DNA from: Chloropicon primus | Lineage: Eukaryota | Reading direction: 5' to 3' | DNA length: 64,000 nucleotides | NCBI GenBank assembly: GCA_023205875.1 | Contig: CP060756.1 | Coordinates: 1,364,001-1,428,000, forward strand | Shown here: piece by piece, positions 48,389 through 59,385 of the stretch | How positions within the stretch are numbered: the first letter of the stretch is position 1 | Layout: every line of letters begins with the position of its first letter | Notes under the pieces: model-generated | Database searches by the model: none | Seen by the model: only the letters and a program-made list of their open reading frames with translations | Told to the model about the DNA's origin: nothing | Program-made: the position numbers and the translations under genes

Positions 48389-50347
48389 CTATTTTTTACA
48401 TTTACAGTTGTCGCAAGAACCTTGGCACTGGTGCTTGGTGAAGGTCTCGCCAAAGTAGGACAGGATGAGTTTCCTGCGGCAGTCGAACTGGTTCTCGCAG
48501 TATTCCTGGCGACGAGACACGACAGGAGGGTCAGTGTTTGCAACTACTGCTTGAAAAAGGGAGGGGATCCGCAACCTTACCTTCATCTGGTCCACCAGGT
48601 CGACCTGAATCTGTTTGCTCTTCTTCTTCGCCTTGCCAGACCATATCAAGCTCTTGACCCTTCCCACGTCCCGCCTGCTGTACAACAAGAGGGCTTCCGA
48701 GGGCTTCCCGTCCCTCCCCGCTCTTCCGGACTCCTGGTAGTACCCCTCCACGGACTTGGGCATCGTCTGGTGGACCACGAACCTCACATGGGCGTTATCG
48801 ACCCCCATCCCGAAAGCCACGGTGGCGCAGATCACCGGCACCTTGCCCGCCTTCCAAGCGAGCTGAATCACGTTCCTCTGCTTCGGAGTCATCCCCGCGT
48901 GGTAGTGCCCAACGTTCAGGCCGTGCTCCTCCCTCAAGTACGCTGCGGTCTCCTCCGTCTCGTCCCTCGAGAGGCAGTAGATGATCCCCGAGCAGTCGAG
49001 CCAGCGCGTTTTGATGTACTCGGCGATGAAATTGACGTACTGGGGGATCCCGTCCTTGTCGTTCTTCATGTTCTTCGGCAAGACTCTCCAAAAGATGTTC
49101 GGCCTGTTGAAGCTCACTTTGAAGAACTTGGTCTTCTTCTTGTCCATTCCCAGCGTCTTCATGATGTCCTTGCAAACGTCCTCCGTGGCCGTCGCGGTCA
49201 GGGCCATCGCCGGAAGCCCAGGAAAGAGATTCTTCTTCACCGACCCGATGTTCTTGTAGTCGACCCTGAAGTCGTGCCCCCACTGGCTTATGCAGTGCGC
49301 CTCGTCCACGATCAGACGAGAGAGCAGCCCCGCGTCAAAGAGAGCTCGAAGGACGGACTGGAGGTGCTGGGACTTGACGAACTGCTCCGGCGTCAGGTAC
49401 AGCAGCTTGCACGTCGGGAGGCTCTTTTTGAGCTCCCTGAAGACCATCTTTTTCTCCTTCTCCGTCTGGCTCGAGCTCAAGTACGTCGCCGGGAAGTCCA
49501 TGTCGATCAGGGCCTTGACCTGGTCGTTGATCAGGGAGAGCAGGGGAGAGATGACGATGGCCAAGCCGCGGTCGACGGCCGCGGGGAGCTGGTAGCACAG
49601 GCTCTTGCCTCCCCCCGTCGGCATCAGCACGAACACGTCGTGCTTCTGCAAGGCGAGAGCGCAGATCTTCTTCTGCTCGTGACGGAAGCCCTTGTTCCCG
49701 AAGATCTTCATGTTCGCGAGGTCGAGCCGGTCCAGATCCTGCCACCGGCCGTACCCACCGTCCGCGCACACGGTCTCGTCCGTGACCGCGAACGAGGTCG
49801 ACGTCCTCTCGAAACCTCCCCTCAAGGAGGCCCCACGCTGGCCAGCGGGCCGCTTCCTCTTGGAGCCCCCCGCGATCCCCGCGTCGGCGTCGTGCCTCTC
49901 CAAGCCGAAGAGCCCGGGTATCGCCACAGGCGCCCCGGAGAGGTCCTCGAGCTTGCCCCCGTCGCTCCTCCCCTCGACGTACTGGACGAGCCTCTCCCTC
50001 CTCGTCGTGTGGTTGCTCTTGTTGTTGTCGTTGTTGTTGTTGTTGCGTGCGTACGCCGAGGCCGCCTCGCTCTTGGACGCTTCGAAGGCATGCTGCAGGG
50101 ACCGCCCGCCCGGATTCAGTTGGACGTCCCTCAACGCCGTCCTCTTCTTCTGCATCTGTTGCTGCTGCTGCAAAAAGTCCAGAAAGGCGTTCACCAGGTT
50201 GTCATCCAGGACGATTTTCGCTTGCGCCCTCAAGTCGCTCCTCATCCACAGGAACTTCTCTATCCCCCTCCTGGTCGCTTGCCCTTCCAGTCCGAGCCTC
50301 CTCGCGAGGTCGCTAAGTTCGCGGACATGACCCTGCGGCGCGTTCAT
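48389..50347 (-). CDS. RecQ-family DNA helicase; 75-bp in-frame intron at 48580-48506
   Basis: MPTGGGKSLCYQLP, DEAHCISQWGHDFR, ATVAFGMG, QESGRAGRDG, Zn-binding CRR...CDNC. Confidence 0.95.
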   Translation of the reverse strand: MNAPQGHVRELSDLARRLGLEGQATRRGIEKFLWMRSDLRAQAKIVLDDNLVNAFLDFLQQQQQMQKKRTALRDVQLNPGGRSLQHAFEASKSEAASAYARNNNNNDNNKSNHTTRRERLVQYVEGRSDGGKLEDLSGAPVAIPGLFGLERHDADAGIAGGSKRKRPAGQRGASLRGGFERTSTSFAVTDETVCADGGYGRWQDLDRLDLANMKIFGNKGFRHEQKKICALALQKHDVFVLMPTGGGKSLCYQLPAAVDRGLAIVISPLLSLINDQVKALIDMDFPATYLSSSQTEKEKKMVFRELKKSLPTCKLLYLTPEQFVKSQHLQSVLRALFDAGLLSRLIVDEAHCISQWGHDFRVDYKNIGSVKKNLFPGLPAMALTATATEDVCKDIMKTLGMDKKKTKFFKVSFNRPNIFWRVLPKNMKNDKDGIPQYVNFIAEYIKTRWLDCSGIIYCLSRDETEETAAYLREEHGLNVGHYHAGMTPKQRNVIQLAWKAGKVPVICATVAFGMGVDNAHVRFVVHQTMPKSVEGYYQESGRAGRDGKPSEALLLYSRRDVGRVKSLIWSGKAKKKSKQIQVDLVDQMKVRLRIPSLFQAVVANTDPPVVSRRQEYCENQFDCRRKLILSYFGETFTKHQCQGSCDNCKCKK

Positions 50348-50609
50348 CCTCCGCTCCCTCTCTCTTCGATCGATCTGTCGATTTTCATGAGAGCGGGAAA
50401 AGCATCGCATCGCGATCGATCGAGGCGCTGGGGATGGAGGAGCGGCGTTACGAGTGATCGCAGGCGATCGGCGTGGGGGGGAAGAAGGGGGAGGACGAGG
50501 GGGCGTAGCCGAGGACGAGGGGAACGCTTTGGACGGGTCTCCGGCGAATTTCGGGTCGGGGATCGCGTGGGGGAGGGGGAGGAAGAGGACGGACCGAGGG
50601 GTAGGGGCC

Positions 50610-51641
50610 ATGAGGTGCAACAAGTGCTCCGAGCCGTTCGGTCCGAGCGATCAGATGGCCCTGAGCAAGTGCGATCACGTTTTTTGCCTCAACTGCGCCA
50701 AGGAGATCGTCGACGCGGGCGAGGGCTGCGTGGTCTGCGGCCGAGCGCTCTCCAAGGCGTCCTTCAAGGTGGCCGTCTACCAGAGGGACCTCAGCGACGC
50801 TAGGTACATGCTTTGCGGGCAGAGCCCGGAGTTCATCCTCCAGAGCTGCGCCTCGGCGCTCCACTTCTTCCAGGAGCAGAGCAGGATCGAGGTGGCAAGG
50901 GCAGCGCAGGAGGAGATGGCCTCCTTCCAGCAGGCCGTGAAGGCCAAGCTCAGCGAGGTCCACAGCGCCTACAAGCGCTACAAGGCCAGGTGCAGCGAGT
51001 TCGCGGAGGACCAGGCCAGCATGCTGAGGGACAGGAGCGAGCTCCAGGAGAAGTACGCCCATAAGACCGCGCAATCGAGGAGGCTGCAAGAGATGTGCGA
51101 GAAGCTGCAGAACGAGAACGAGAGGCTGAAGAAGGTGAGAGGAGCCCCGTTCTTCGAAGGGAAGCGGCCTCAAGCAAGCGAAGACAGGCAGAGAATGGTT
51201 CCCGCGCCGCCGAGGAACAGGAACAGCTACCGGCCAGAGGTGTACCCGAAGGGCAGGGGCTCCTTCCTGAGTCATCAGCCCCATCAAGTGAGCGAGGAGT
51301 CCGAGGGCCGGAGGAACGGGCAGAGGATCGTCGCGGCGTCGTCCGCGATGCGGAAGAGGGGCAGCTACCAGCACCAGCAAGCGGAGACCCGCCCGAGGGT
51401 CAAGAGAGCGATATCTGGAGCGAGCTCCTTCCAAACGCTGCCGAGGGCGACGGTGTCCGCGGGGTTCAGGGCGAGCAAAAGGAGGATCTTCGAGATCACA
51501 AACGAGCGAAGAGGGGGCGATTGGGACAAGCAGTGGTCCATCAACCCGGGCGGGTCCCAAGGCCGGGTGATGGAAGAGGTCAACCACACGCACAAAGACC
51601 CCTTCGCGATCAACCAGAGCGCATTCAGCTATCTAAACTAG
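50610..51641 (+). CDS. HEI10: HEI10/CCNB1IP1-like RING E3 ligase (meiotic crossover factor)
   Basis: MRCNKC...CDHVFCLNCA...CVVC RING, followed by MLCGQSPEFIL...ALHFF, a coiled coil and a disordered tail, as in plant HEI10. Confidence 0.8.
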   Translation: MRCNKCSEPFGPSDQMALSKCDHVFCLNCAKEIVDAGEGCVVCGRALSKASFKVAVYQRDLSDARYMLCGQSPEFILQSCASALHFFQEQSRIEVARAAQEEMASFQQAVKAKLSEVHSAYKRYKARCSEFAEDQASMLRDRSELQEKYAHKTAQSRRLQEMCEKLQNENERLKKVRGAPFFEGKRPQASEDRQRMVPAPPRNRNSYRPEVYPKGRGSFLSHQPHQVSEESEGRRNGQRIVAASSAMRKRGSYQHQQAETRPRVKRAISGASSFQTLPRATVSAGFRASKRRIFEITNERRGGDWDKQWSINPGGSQGRVMEEVNHTHKDPFAINQSAFSYLN

Positions 51642-51707
51642 GTGACAAGACAACAACGAGTCCTCCTTTTAGTCTTCTTTATCTTCTTTATCTCTTTATT
51701 TCCATTT

Positions 51708-53556
51708 TCACCACCTCTTCTTCGTGTAGGAGTGCATGTCGTGGATTCCGCCCTCGTGCTGGGCTGCCCCCGAGCGCGTTTCCATCCTCAGGCTTCCGTC
51801 GCCGAGCATGCCGTGCGCCATCTTGACGTCCTTGGCTCCGAAATCCTGGAAGCCCTGCTTCACGGCCTGAGCGAAGAAAGGAATGAGATTCCTCACGGAT
51901 CCCTTGTCCTTGACGGTTCCAGAGACGCCCTGGGCGATCTGAATCCTTTGCGACTCTCCCAAGTACCTGGTGCTGCTTCCCTTCTTCATGGCATCCAAAG
52001 AGCCCATTCCTCTGTAGAGCTTCACCCTCACGCCGTCCTCTGTCATCATGTACCTACCAGGGGCCTCCGCCGTGCCAGCGAACATGGATCCGCACATCAC
52101 GGTGCTGGCGCCCAGGGCCAAGGCCTTGGTGATGTGCCCGCTGTTCTGGATTCCGCCATCAGCGATGACGGGGACGCCGTGCTCGGCCGCAAGCTTGCTG
52201 GTGTGGTACACAGCCGTGGCTTGGCCCCTTCCGACAGCGCAGACCTCCTGGGTGGTGCAGATGGACCCGCTTCCCATTCCCACGCGGAGGCCGTCAGCCC
52301 CGACGCCGATGAGCCTCTCCGCCTGCCTGGAGGTCACCACGTTGCCCGCAATGACCTGCAAGTCAGGGAAACTCTTCTTGATGTACTTTATCATCTCCAT
52401 CTGGTACACCGAGTCGCCCTGGCTCGAGTCCAGGATCACGGCATCGACGCCCTCCTTCACGAGGGCCTCCAGCCTCACCTTGTCGTTCTCCCTGGTTCCC
52501 ACGGCGCAACCGATGCAGAGCTTGCCCTCCTTGTTCACGGTGGCAGTACCCATGGGGGTAGGGTACTTGAAGAGCTGGTCCTTCAGCAGCCCGCGCTCGA
52601 CCACGCCCACGAGGGCGCCGTCCTCGCCGACGACCGGCAGGCGCCCCTTCTTGCTCGACGCCAGCTTGGCCCTGACGGCCTCCTCGCCCTCCGTCGCGGA
52701 AACCGTGACGAGGTCTCCCGCTTTCGTCATGACCTCTCCGAGCTTCACCTCCGCCGTGCTCTTCCCCGCCAGCATGTCAACGTCGCTCGTCGTCACGAGG
52801 CCGAGGAGCTTCCCTCCAAGCTCCCCAGTCTCCGTCACCAGCACGGTGGGGTACTTTCCTGCAGAGAGGCCCAGGCCCTCGCACTCGTCCTCCACCTGCC
52901 CGAGCGTGGCGTCAGCGGAGAGCACCAGGGGCTCGAAGGCCGACCCGGTGCAAGGGACGTACCGCTTCGCCTGCCTCACCATCGCGGCCTGCTCCTCCAC
53001 GGTGCAGTTGTAGTGGATGAACCCCATTCCCCCCTGGAGCGCCATGGCAGCCGCCATCTCGGCGCCAGTCACGGTGTCCATGGGCGAGCTCACCACCGGC
53101 ACGCTCAGGCTGATCCCCTTGGTCAGCTGCGTCTTCAGGTTCACGTCATGCGCCGCGAAGTCGATGTGTCCGGGGTGGAAGATGATGTCATCGTACGTGT
53201 ACGTGTACCCCTTGGTAAATATCGTGAGTCCCGTGAATCCTGTGCCGCAAGAGCCAAAGCCGAGTCGGGTCGTCCCAGTCCAGCGCAGACCGGGCACGCG
53301 CAAGCCGAGCGGAGCGGCCAAGAGATCACCGAGCGAGCGACACCGTCTGTCAGAGCTCCGATCACCCCAACCGTGTTCCAACCGTGTTTTCCACAACACG
53401 TTCTAGGGTTCGCTTTTTCGGATGGATTCCGGATCCAAGGGAGAGGCCCGAGGAGTGCGCGTGAAGAAAGAAAGTATCTCCTCGTGCGTGCGCTCTTTCT
53501 CCCACACTTGCGTTCTCTTCGTACTCACCGTCGACGTAATTGTTATCGTCCGCCAT
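51708..53556 (-). CDS. IMPDH: Inosine-5'-monophosphate dehydrogenase; exons 53556-53529 and 53239-51708
   Basis: TYDD, SSPMDTVT, DSSQG, GMGSGSICTTQ, YRGMGS, AQGVSG; predicted exon 1 MADDNNYVDG. Confidence 0.95.
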
Positions 53557-53967
53557 ACTTTCGTGTCTTGTCCTCGTGTGTCTTGTCCTCGTCCTCGTGT
53601 GGTGTGTTTTGTGTTCCCCCCCGACCGACAGGTGCCCCCACGTTTTATGCCTTTTTCTCGCCCGACATTTCCATCCATCCCAGGAGGAGGGTTTCAAAAA
53701 AAGAAACGGAGCGCACGAGAGAGAGAGAGAGAGGGAGGAGCGCGAGCGAGCGGACGAGAGGAAGAAGAAGGGGAAGGGGAAGGGGACTGGACTGGACTGG
53801 ACTGGGCTGGACAGAGGGGGTTGGGGTTGGGGTTGGTGTGGTGTGGTGTGAGACAAGGAAGAGGGCTTTGGGAAGAGGAAGAACGACCCGCCAGAGAGGA
53901 GCGTGCGTGTCTGTCGTAGATCAACAACGACAACAACAAACGAGGCAACGACGACGACGACGACAAC

Positions 53968-55454
53968 ATGTCTGCGATGGATCTGGAGAAGGAGATATTC
54001 GACAGCGTGGAGGAGATCGATGAGGAGATCTTGAGGATGACTGCGGACGAGATAAGCCGGAGGACGAGGCTGCTGGAGAACGAGATCAGGGTCTTGAAGG
54101 ACGAGAGCACGAGGCTGTCGCTCGATCTCTCCAGTACCAAGGAGAAGGTGAAGGACAACAAGGAGAAGATCAAGTTCAACAAGCAGCTGCCGTACTTGGT
54201 CGGAAACATCGTGGAGATACTCGACGCGAACGCGGAGGACGAGGAGGAGGACGGGGCCAGCGCCGACCTGGACGCGAAGAGGACGGGGAAGAGCGTCGTG
54301 CTCAAGACGTCGACCAGGCAAACGATCTTCCTCCCAGTCGTCGGTCTGGTCGACCCGGAGACTCTGAAACCAGGCGATCTCATCGGGGTCAACAAGGACA
54401 GCTACCTCGTCCTCGACACCCTCCCGCCGGAGTACGACGCGAGGGTCAAGGTGCGTGTCGTGTCGTGTCGTGTCGTGTTTTTTCTTTCTTTCTTTCTTTT
54501 TTTGGTCCCGTCCTCTCCCCTCTCTGGAGGAGGAGGAAGGAAGGAAGACGAAGCTGCAACGAAGCCTCGTGCGTGCTTGCTCGTGCCCGTGTCGCGCCTT
54601 CGAGCCTGCCTCGCTGACTTCTCTCTCTCTCTTTCTCTTTTCCTTCTTCGCAGGTGATGGAGGTGGACGAGAAGCCCACGGAGGACTACTCGGACATCGG
54701 AGGCCTGGACAAGCAGATCCGCGAGCTGGTGGAGGCGATCGTCCTGCCCATGACGCACAAGAAGCACTTCGAGAACCTGGGGATCAAGCCGCCCAAGGGC
54801 GTGCTCTTGTACGGACCCCCCGGGACGGGGAAGACCCTGATCGCGAGGGCGTGCGCCGCGCAGACCAACGCCACCTTCCTCAAGCTCGCCGGGCCCCAGC
54901 TGGTGCAGATGTTCATCGGAGACGGCGCCAAGCTGGTGAGGGACGCCTTTGCCCTGGCCAAGGAGAAGTCCCCTTGTATCATATTTATTGATGAGATCGA
55001 CGCGATCGGGACCAAGAGGTTCGACAGCGAGCTCAGCGGGGACAGGGAGGTGCAGAGGACCATGCTGGAGCTCCTGAACCAGCTGGACGGGTTCAGCTCC
55101 CACGACGAGATCAAGGTCATCGCCGCCACGAACAGGGCGGACATCCTGGACCCGGCCCTGATGAGGAGCGGGAGGCTCGACAGGAAGATCGAGTTCCCCC
55201 ACCCCAACCAGGAGGCGAGGGCCAGGATCCTGCAGATCCACTCGAGGAAGATGAACGTCCACCCGGACGTCAACTTCGACGAGCTCGGGAGGAGCACCGA
55301 GGACTTCAACGGCGCCCAGCTCAAGGCCGTCTGCGTGGAGGCCGGCATGCTGGCCCTCAGGAGGGACGCCACCGAGGTCAACCACGAGGACTTCAACGAG
55401 GGGGTGATCCAGGTCAGGGCAAAGAAGAAGGCGAGCCTCAACTACTACGCGTGA
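53968..55454 (+). CDS. RPT5: 26S proteasome AAA-ATPase subunit RPT5 (6A); intron 54451-54653
   Basis: [51 protein letters not shown]-terminal LNYYA. Confidence 0.96.
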
Positions 55455-55982
55455 GAAAAAGAGAGCGAGAGCGAGAGAAAGAGAGAAAGAGAGCATGTCT
55501 TCGTGTTGTGGGTGGGTGGGTGCGTTGCTGCGTCCTCCGTCCCCCCCACAAAAAAAGTCTTTTGCTTGCCTCCGGGAAAATGCTAACGCTTGAACTAATA
55601 CCTTCACCTTTGTAACAAAACAAACAAACACAAGAAAAAGATCATCTTGGTGGAGGATTGCTTGGGAGGATTGCTCGAGACAAGAAAGGAAACCCTTGGA
55701 AAAGCGTCGGTCGTTCCCGATCTCTTGCTCCTCCCCTCCCGTGGGATTGGAATGCCCACAGCCACAGATTCTGTGAAAAATCCGAAACCAATAGAATCTC
55801 CGTGTTTCCGATTGCGATAAGACGGGAGGAGATCACGATAAGCCAAAGGCGCCCTTGCGCAGGGCCGAGGGACCGACGACGCAAGGAGCGGGAGAGGGAG
55901 AGGAGGGGGGGCGGGACAGGACAGGGAACCTTGCCTTGCCTTGCCTTGTTGCTGCCTTGTTGCTGCCTTGCCCACGAAGAAG

Positions 55983-57638
55983 ATGAGGGTGACGACGACG
56001 AGGGGCCCAGGGGTGGCGAGGAGCCAGAGCGGAGTTTCCGTGGTCACGACCATGTCCGAAGGGGTCAAGGAAGGGATAGTTGTGGTGTGGCCGTACGCGG
56101 TGGTGCTGACGGCGGTGGCGGGGATGTACTACGGCCAGGTCATCTGGTTCATGGTGGAGCAGCTGGCGGCGAGCCCGACCGAGTCGGCCGCGGCGGCCCT
56201 CTTCGCGGTGTTCGTGGCCTTCCGGTCGGGGTTCCACGGCCTGCCTGCACGGGGGGAGGCCGGGGGCGCGGGGGGGAAGAGGCGGGGTTCGTTCGAGCTC
56301 GAGGCGCCCTCCCCCCCCGGGGACGCGTACGCGTACCTCACCGAGGCCGGGGGGAACCTCGCCGCCTCGCTGGACAACCTCAAGGACACCGCCGAGTTCG
56401 TCATGGACCAGATGCGGTACACGAACAGCTACATCAACCAGCAGTACGCGGAGTCGCTGCAGTACCTGCAGAGCCAGTACCTGTCGCAGCAAGTCGTCCT
56501 GGAGAAGCTGAACAGCCTGTCTCAGTACTATTGCAGCGAGCAGCAGCAGCAGGAGGAGGCGGGGGGGGAGGCCCAGGCGTTGTTGCTGGACGACGACCGC
56601 GAGGCGAGGTGGGGGGACGAGGCGAGGGAGAGGGAGGCCGTGGTTCGCCACAAGGGCCTCCACTCCTCGTTCGTGTCGTGCCTCAGCGACGTCCAGGGGG
56701 ACGGCGGCCTGCCCGACTTCGAGGCCGTCTCGAGCCTCTTCCGGTCGGCGGGGGACCCGACGACGACGACGGCGACGACGACGGCGGCGGCGAGCCCTCC
56801 GACCTGGAGCAAGATACTGACCAAGGAGACGGAGACGATGGAGTACTCGGCGTGGAGTATGCCGCTGAGGCGCGGCTTCAACGTGTACAGGACGGAGACC
56901 GTCTTCAGGGACGCCACGGCGGGGGAGTTCATCCGGTTCATGACGGACGACGCGTTCCGGAGGAAGTGGGACGAGAACTCGACGGTGTGGGACGCGGAGA
57001 GGGGCGCTTGCGTGCGGGAAGGCCTCGCGGAGGGCAGGGACGAGACCCGAATCAGGGACCTGTACTGCAGGATGAAGATTCCCCCTCCGTTCCGGGCGAG
57101 GCAGTACTTTTTGCAGAGGAGCCTGTGGGCCAACTCCGAGACGGGGGACGGGGAGATCATCATCTCCACCAGGCCCCCGGCCGAGGCCGCCGGGGAGGCG
57201 GACAGGGGCATCGGGAACGTGACGGTGGACGACTACCTGTCCCTGTGCTCGGCCAGGACGCTGCCGGCCGCCGACGGCGAGGGGGGCTCGAGCGTCAAGG
57301 TCACCTTCATGTACTTTGAGGACACCAAGCTCCCCTCTCAGCTCGTGAACCAGATCGTCAAGTGCCGGATGGGCAAGACCCTGGCGAAGACGGAGGAGGC
57401 GATGAGGTCCTACATCAGGAGGGCGAGGTCCAGCAAGGCCGGGATCCCCATGCCGCCGGAGGAGGAGAGCGAGGAGGAGGGGGTGAGCGCGGAGGGCGCC
57501 CCGGGCAAGAGGGCCCTGGGGAGGATAGCCCCGATGTTCACGATGGTTTGCCTCATGCCCTACAGCGCGAGGTGGGTCGTGCCGGTCCTTCTGTCCGAGT
57601 ACACCAAGTCCAAGCAGCAGTCGAGGTGCTGCAAGTAG
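55983..57638 (+). CDS. START/SRPBCC lipid-binding domain protein with N-terminal hydrophobic segments
   Basis: YRTETVFRDAT...FMTDDAFRRKWD, KIPPPFRARQY; start uncertain (55983 or 56052). Confidence 0.75.
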   Translation: MRVTTTRGPGVARSQSGVSVVTTMSEGVKEGIVVVWPYAVVLTAVAGMYYGQVIWFMVEQLAASPTESAAAALFAVFVAFRSGFHGLPARGEAGGAGGKRRGSFELEAPSPPGDAYAYLTEAGGNLAASLDNLKDTAEFVMDQMRYTNSYINQQYAESLQYLQSQYLSQQVVLEKLNSLSQYYCSEQQQQEEAGGEAQALLLDDDREARWGDEAREREAVVRHKGLHSSFVSCLSDVQGDGGLPDFEAVSSLFRSAGDPTTTTATTTAAASPPTWSKILTKETETMEYSAWSMPLRRGFNVYRTETVFRDATAGEFIRFMTDDAFRRKWDENSTVWDAERGACVREGLAEGRDETRIRDLYCRMKIPPPFRARQYFLQRSLWANSETGDGEIIISTRPPAEAAGEADRGIGNVTVDDYLSLCSARTLPAADGEGGSSVKVTFMYFEDTKLPSQLVNQIVKCRMGKTLAKTEEAMRSYIRRARSSKAGIPMPPEEESEEEGVSAEGAPGKRALGRIAPMFTMVCLMPYSARWVVPVLLSEYTKSKQQSRCCK

Positions 57639-57851
57639 TGAAGAGGCGAGAGAGGGAGGGGCGAGGTGGAGGTGTGCAGGGGCGCAGAGGAAGAGACTTA
57701 ATTAGCCGAAATAAAATGAAAAATACACGTTTGTTTCAATTCGCACACGCCGAGGACGACGATGACGACGAGTTTTGGTATTTTGGTTTTGTCCTCCAAA
57801 CTCCCCTCGTCGAGCTCTCGCTACCATCAAAACATACTACTACTACTACTA

Positions 57852-58997
57852 CTACTGCTGGTTCATCTCCGTGAGAGCGGGAAGCAAGTCCGCGAGCTTG
57901 GAGGTGTAGAGGTCCGGGTGGATCGTGTTCTCCTCGCTGAGCAGGGTCTCCTCCCTCGTGACGCCGCTGAGGACGAGCATGGTCTTCAGCCCCCCGTTCT
58001 TGCCGAACTGGATGTCGGTGTCCAGCCTGTCCCCCACCATGCAAATCTCGCTCTTGTCGATCTTGAACTGCTCCGCGATGTCGTCCAGCATGAAGGTGGA
58101 GGGCTTTCCCACGGTCGTGGGCTCCCTGGCCGCGCTCCCCGCGATGGCCCCCACCATGGACCCGTTCCCGGCCCACTCCTGGGCGTCCGTCAGGTGCGTC
58201 ACGGCGTCCCTGTTGGTGGCGATGAACTCGCACGACTCGTTCTCCCTGATGCAGAGGGTCGCGTACTGGATCTTGTAGTAGTTGATCTCGCGGTCGAACC
58301 CCACGATGACCGCGGAGACGTTCTCGTCGTGGGGCATCTTCACGCCCTTGCCCAGGGTGATCTTCGCCTCGGCGTCCTCGGGCCCCCCAAAGTGCGGGAT
58401 GCCCGCCAGGGTGAGCTCCTCCATGATCCCGACCTCGCCCACCACGTAGACCTTCTTGGAGCCGTCCGTGGGGAAGTTCTTGCTCTTCAGGTACGCCGCC
58501 GCGGCGTACGAGCTGCTGTAGATCTCGTCCGCGGAGATCTCCAGGCCGAGGGAGAGGAACTTCTTCAGGTACCCCTCGCGGGACTTGGTGGAGTTGTTCG
58601 TGACGAAGATGAGCTTCTTGCCCGCCTCCCTGAGGCCCTCGATCGTCTCCGGAATGCCCTCGATGAGCTTGTCCCCGCGCCAGATCACCCCGTCGCAGTC
58701 GAAGATGAAGGCCTTGGCGCTGCTCAGCAGGTCCAGGGAGGAGGAGGGGGACAGCTTCGAGGTCGGCGCCTGGGACAGCGCGGTGGTGCTCATGGCGCTC
58801 GCCCTCGTCGTCGCCAGCAGCTTCTGCTCGTGCTGCTGCTTGGCGGACAACGACGAAGCAGAAGCACCTGGGTTGCTGCCGAACAAGGTGGAGGCGTTCG
58901 AGCGAGGGGAGGAGGCAGGGCTCTTCCGGACGGCCCCAGGGCCCTGGAAAGGTCTCGTCGTCGTCGTGGTTCTCAACAAGGCGGTGGTGGCCTTCAT
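57852..58997 (-). CDS. PGLP1: Phosphoglycolate phosphatase (HAD IIA), plastid-targeted
   Basis: FIFDCDGVIW, FVTNNSTKSR, QEWAGNGSMV, GKP, MVGDRLDTDI; Ser/Thr-rich transit peptide. Confidence 0.93.
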   Translation of the reverse strand: MKATTALLRTTTTTRPFQGPGAVRKSPASSPRSNASTLFGSNPGASASSLSAKQQHEQKLLATTRASAMSTTALSQAPTSKLSPSSSLDLLSSAKAFIFDCDGVIWRGDKLIEGIPETIEGLREAGKKLIFVTNNSTKSREGYLKKFLSLGLEISADEIYSSSYAAAAYLKSKNFPTDGSKKVYVVGEVGIMEELTLAGIPHFGGPEDAEAKITLGKGVKMPHDENVSAVIVGFDREINYYKIQYATLCIRENESCEFIATNRDAVTHLTDAQEWAGNGSMVGAIAGSAAREPTTVGKPSTFMLDDIAEQFKIDKSEICMVGDRLDTDIQFGKNGGLKTMLVLSGVTREETLLSEENTIHPDLYTSKLADLLPALTEMNQQ

Positions 58998-59235
58998 GTC
59001 GCGATGCCGATGCCGATGTCCAACTCAATCAGGAGGAGGAGGTCGTCCGTCGCCGTCGTCGCCCGTCGTCGTTCTCTTCTTTCTTCTTCTTCTTCCTCTG
59101 GCGAGCGAGGTTGGGTGCTGTTCTGGGCCGCTCGTTTCCATCCAAAAAACAACGTGGACAATCGTGGAGATCCAGATCCAGAGATGCGATCTACCTATAT
59201 TTATGCGCAAAATTGTCTCCTGGGAGGAGAGTAGA

Positions 59236-59322
59236 GTTCGCGTGGTGTAGTCGGTTATCACGTTCGCCTCACAATGCTGAGAAGCTCGCGAAAGGTCCCC
59301 GGTTCGATTCCGGGCGTGAACA
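59236..59322 (+). tRNA. tRNA-Val(CAC) with a 13-nt intron (59274-59286)
   Basis: Acceptor GTTCGCG/CGTGAAC, D-arm GTGTAGTCGGTTATCAC, anticodon arm TTCGC-CT-CAC-A^C-GCGAA, T-arm GGTTCGATTCC. Confidence 0.92.
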
Positions 59323-59323
59323 C

Positions 59324-59338
59324 TTTTTTTTTTTTTTT
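59324..59338 (+). terminator. RNA polymerase III oligo-T terminator
   Basis: Long T run directly after the tRNA. Confidence 0.85.
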
Positions 59339-59385
59339 ACTCCTCCTGGACTCCGCTTCGATCGACGACCCTACAGAAACAGACC

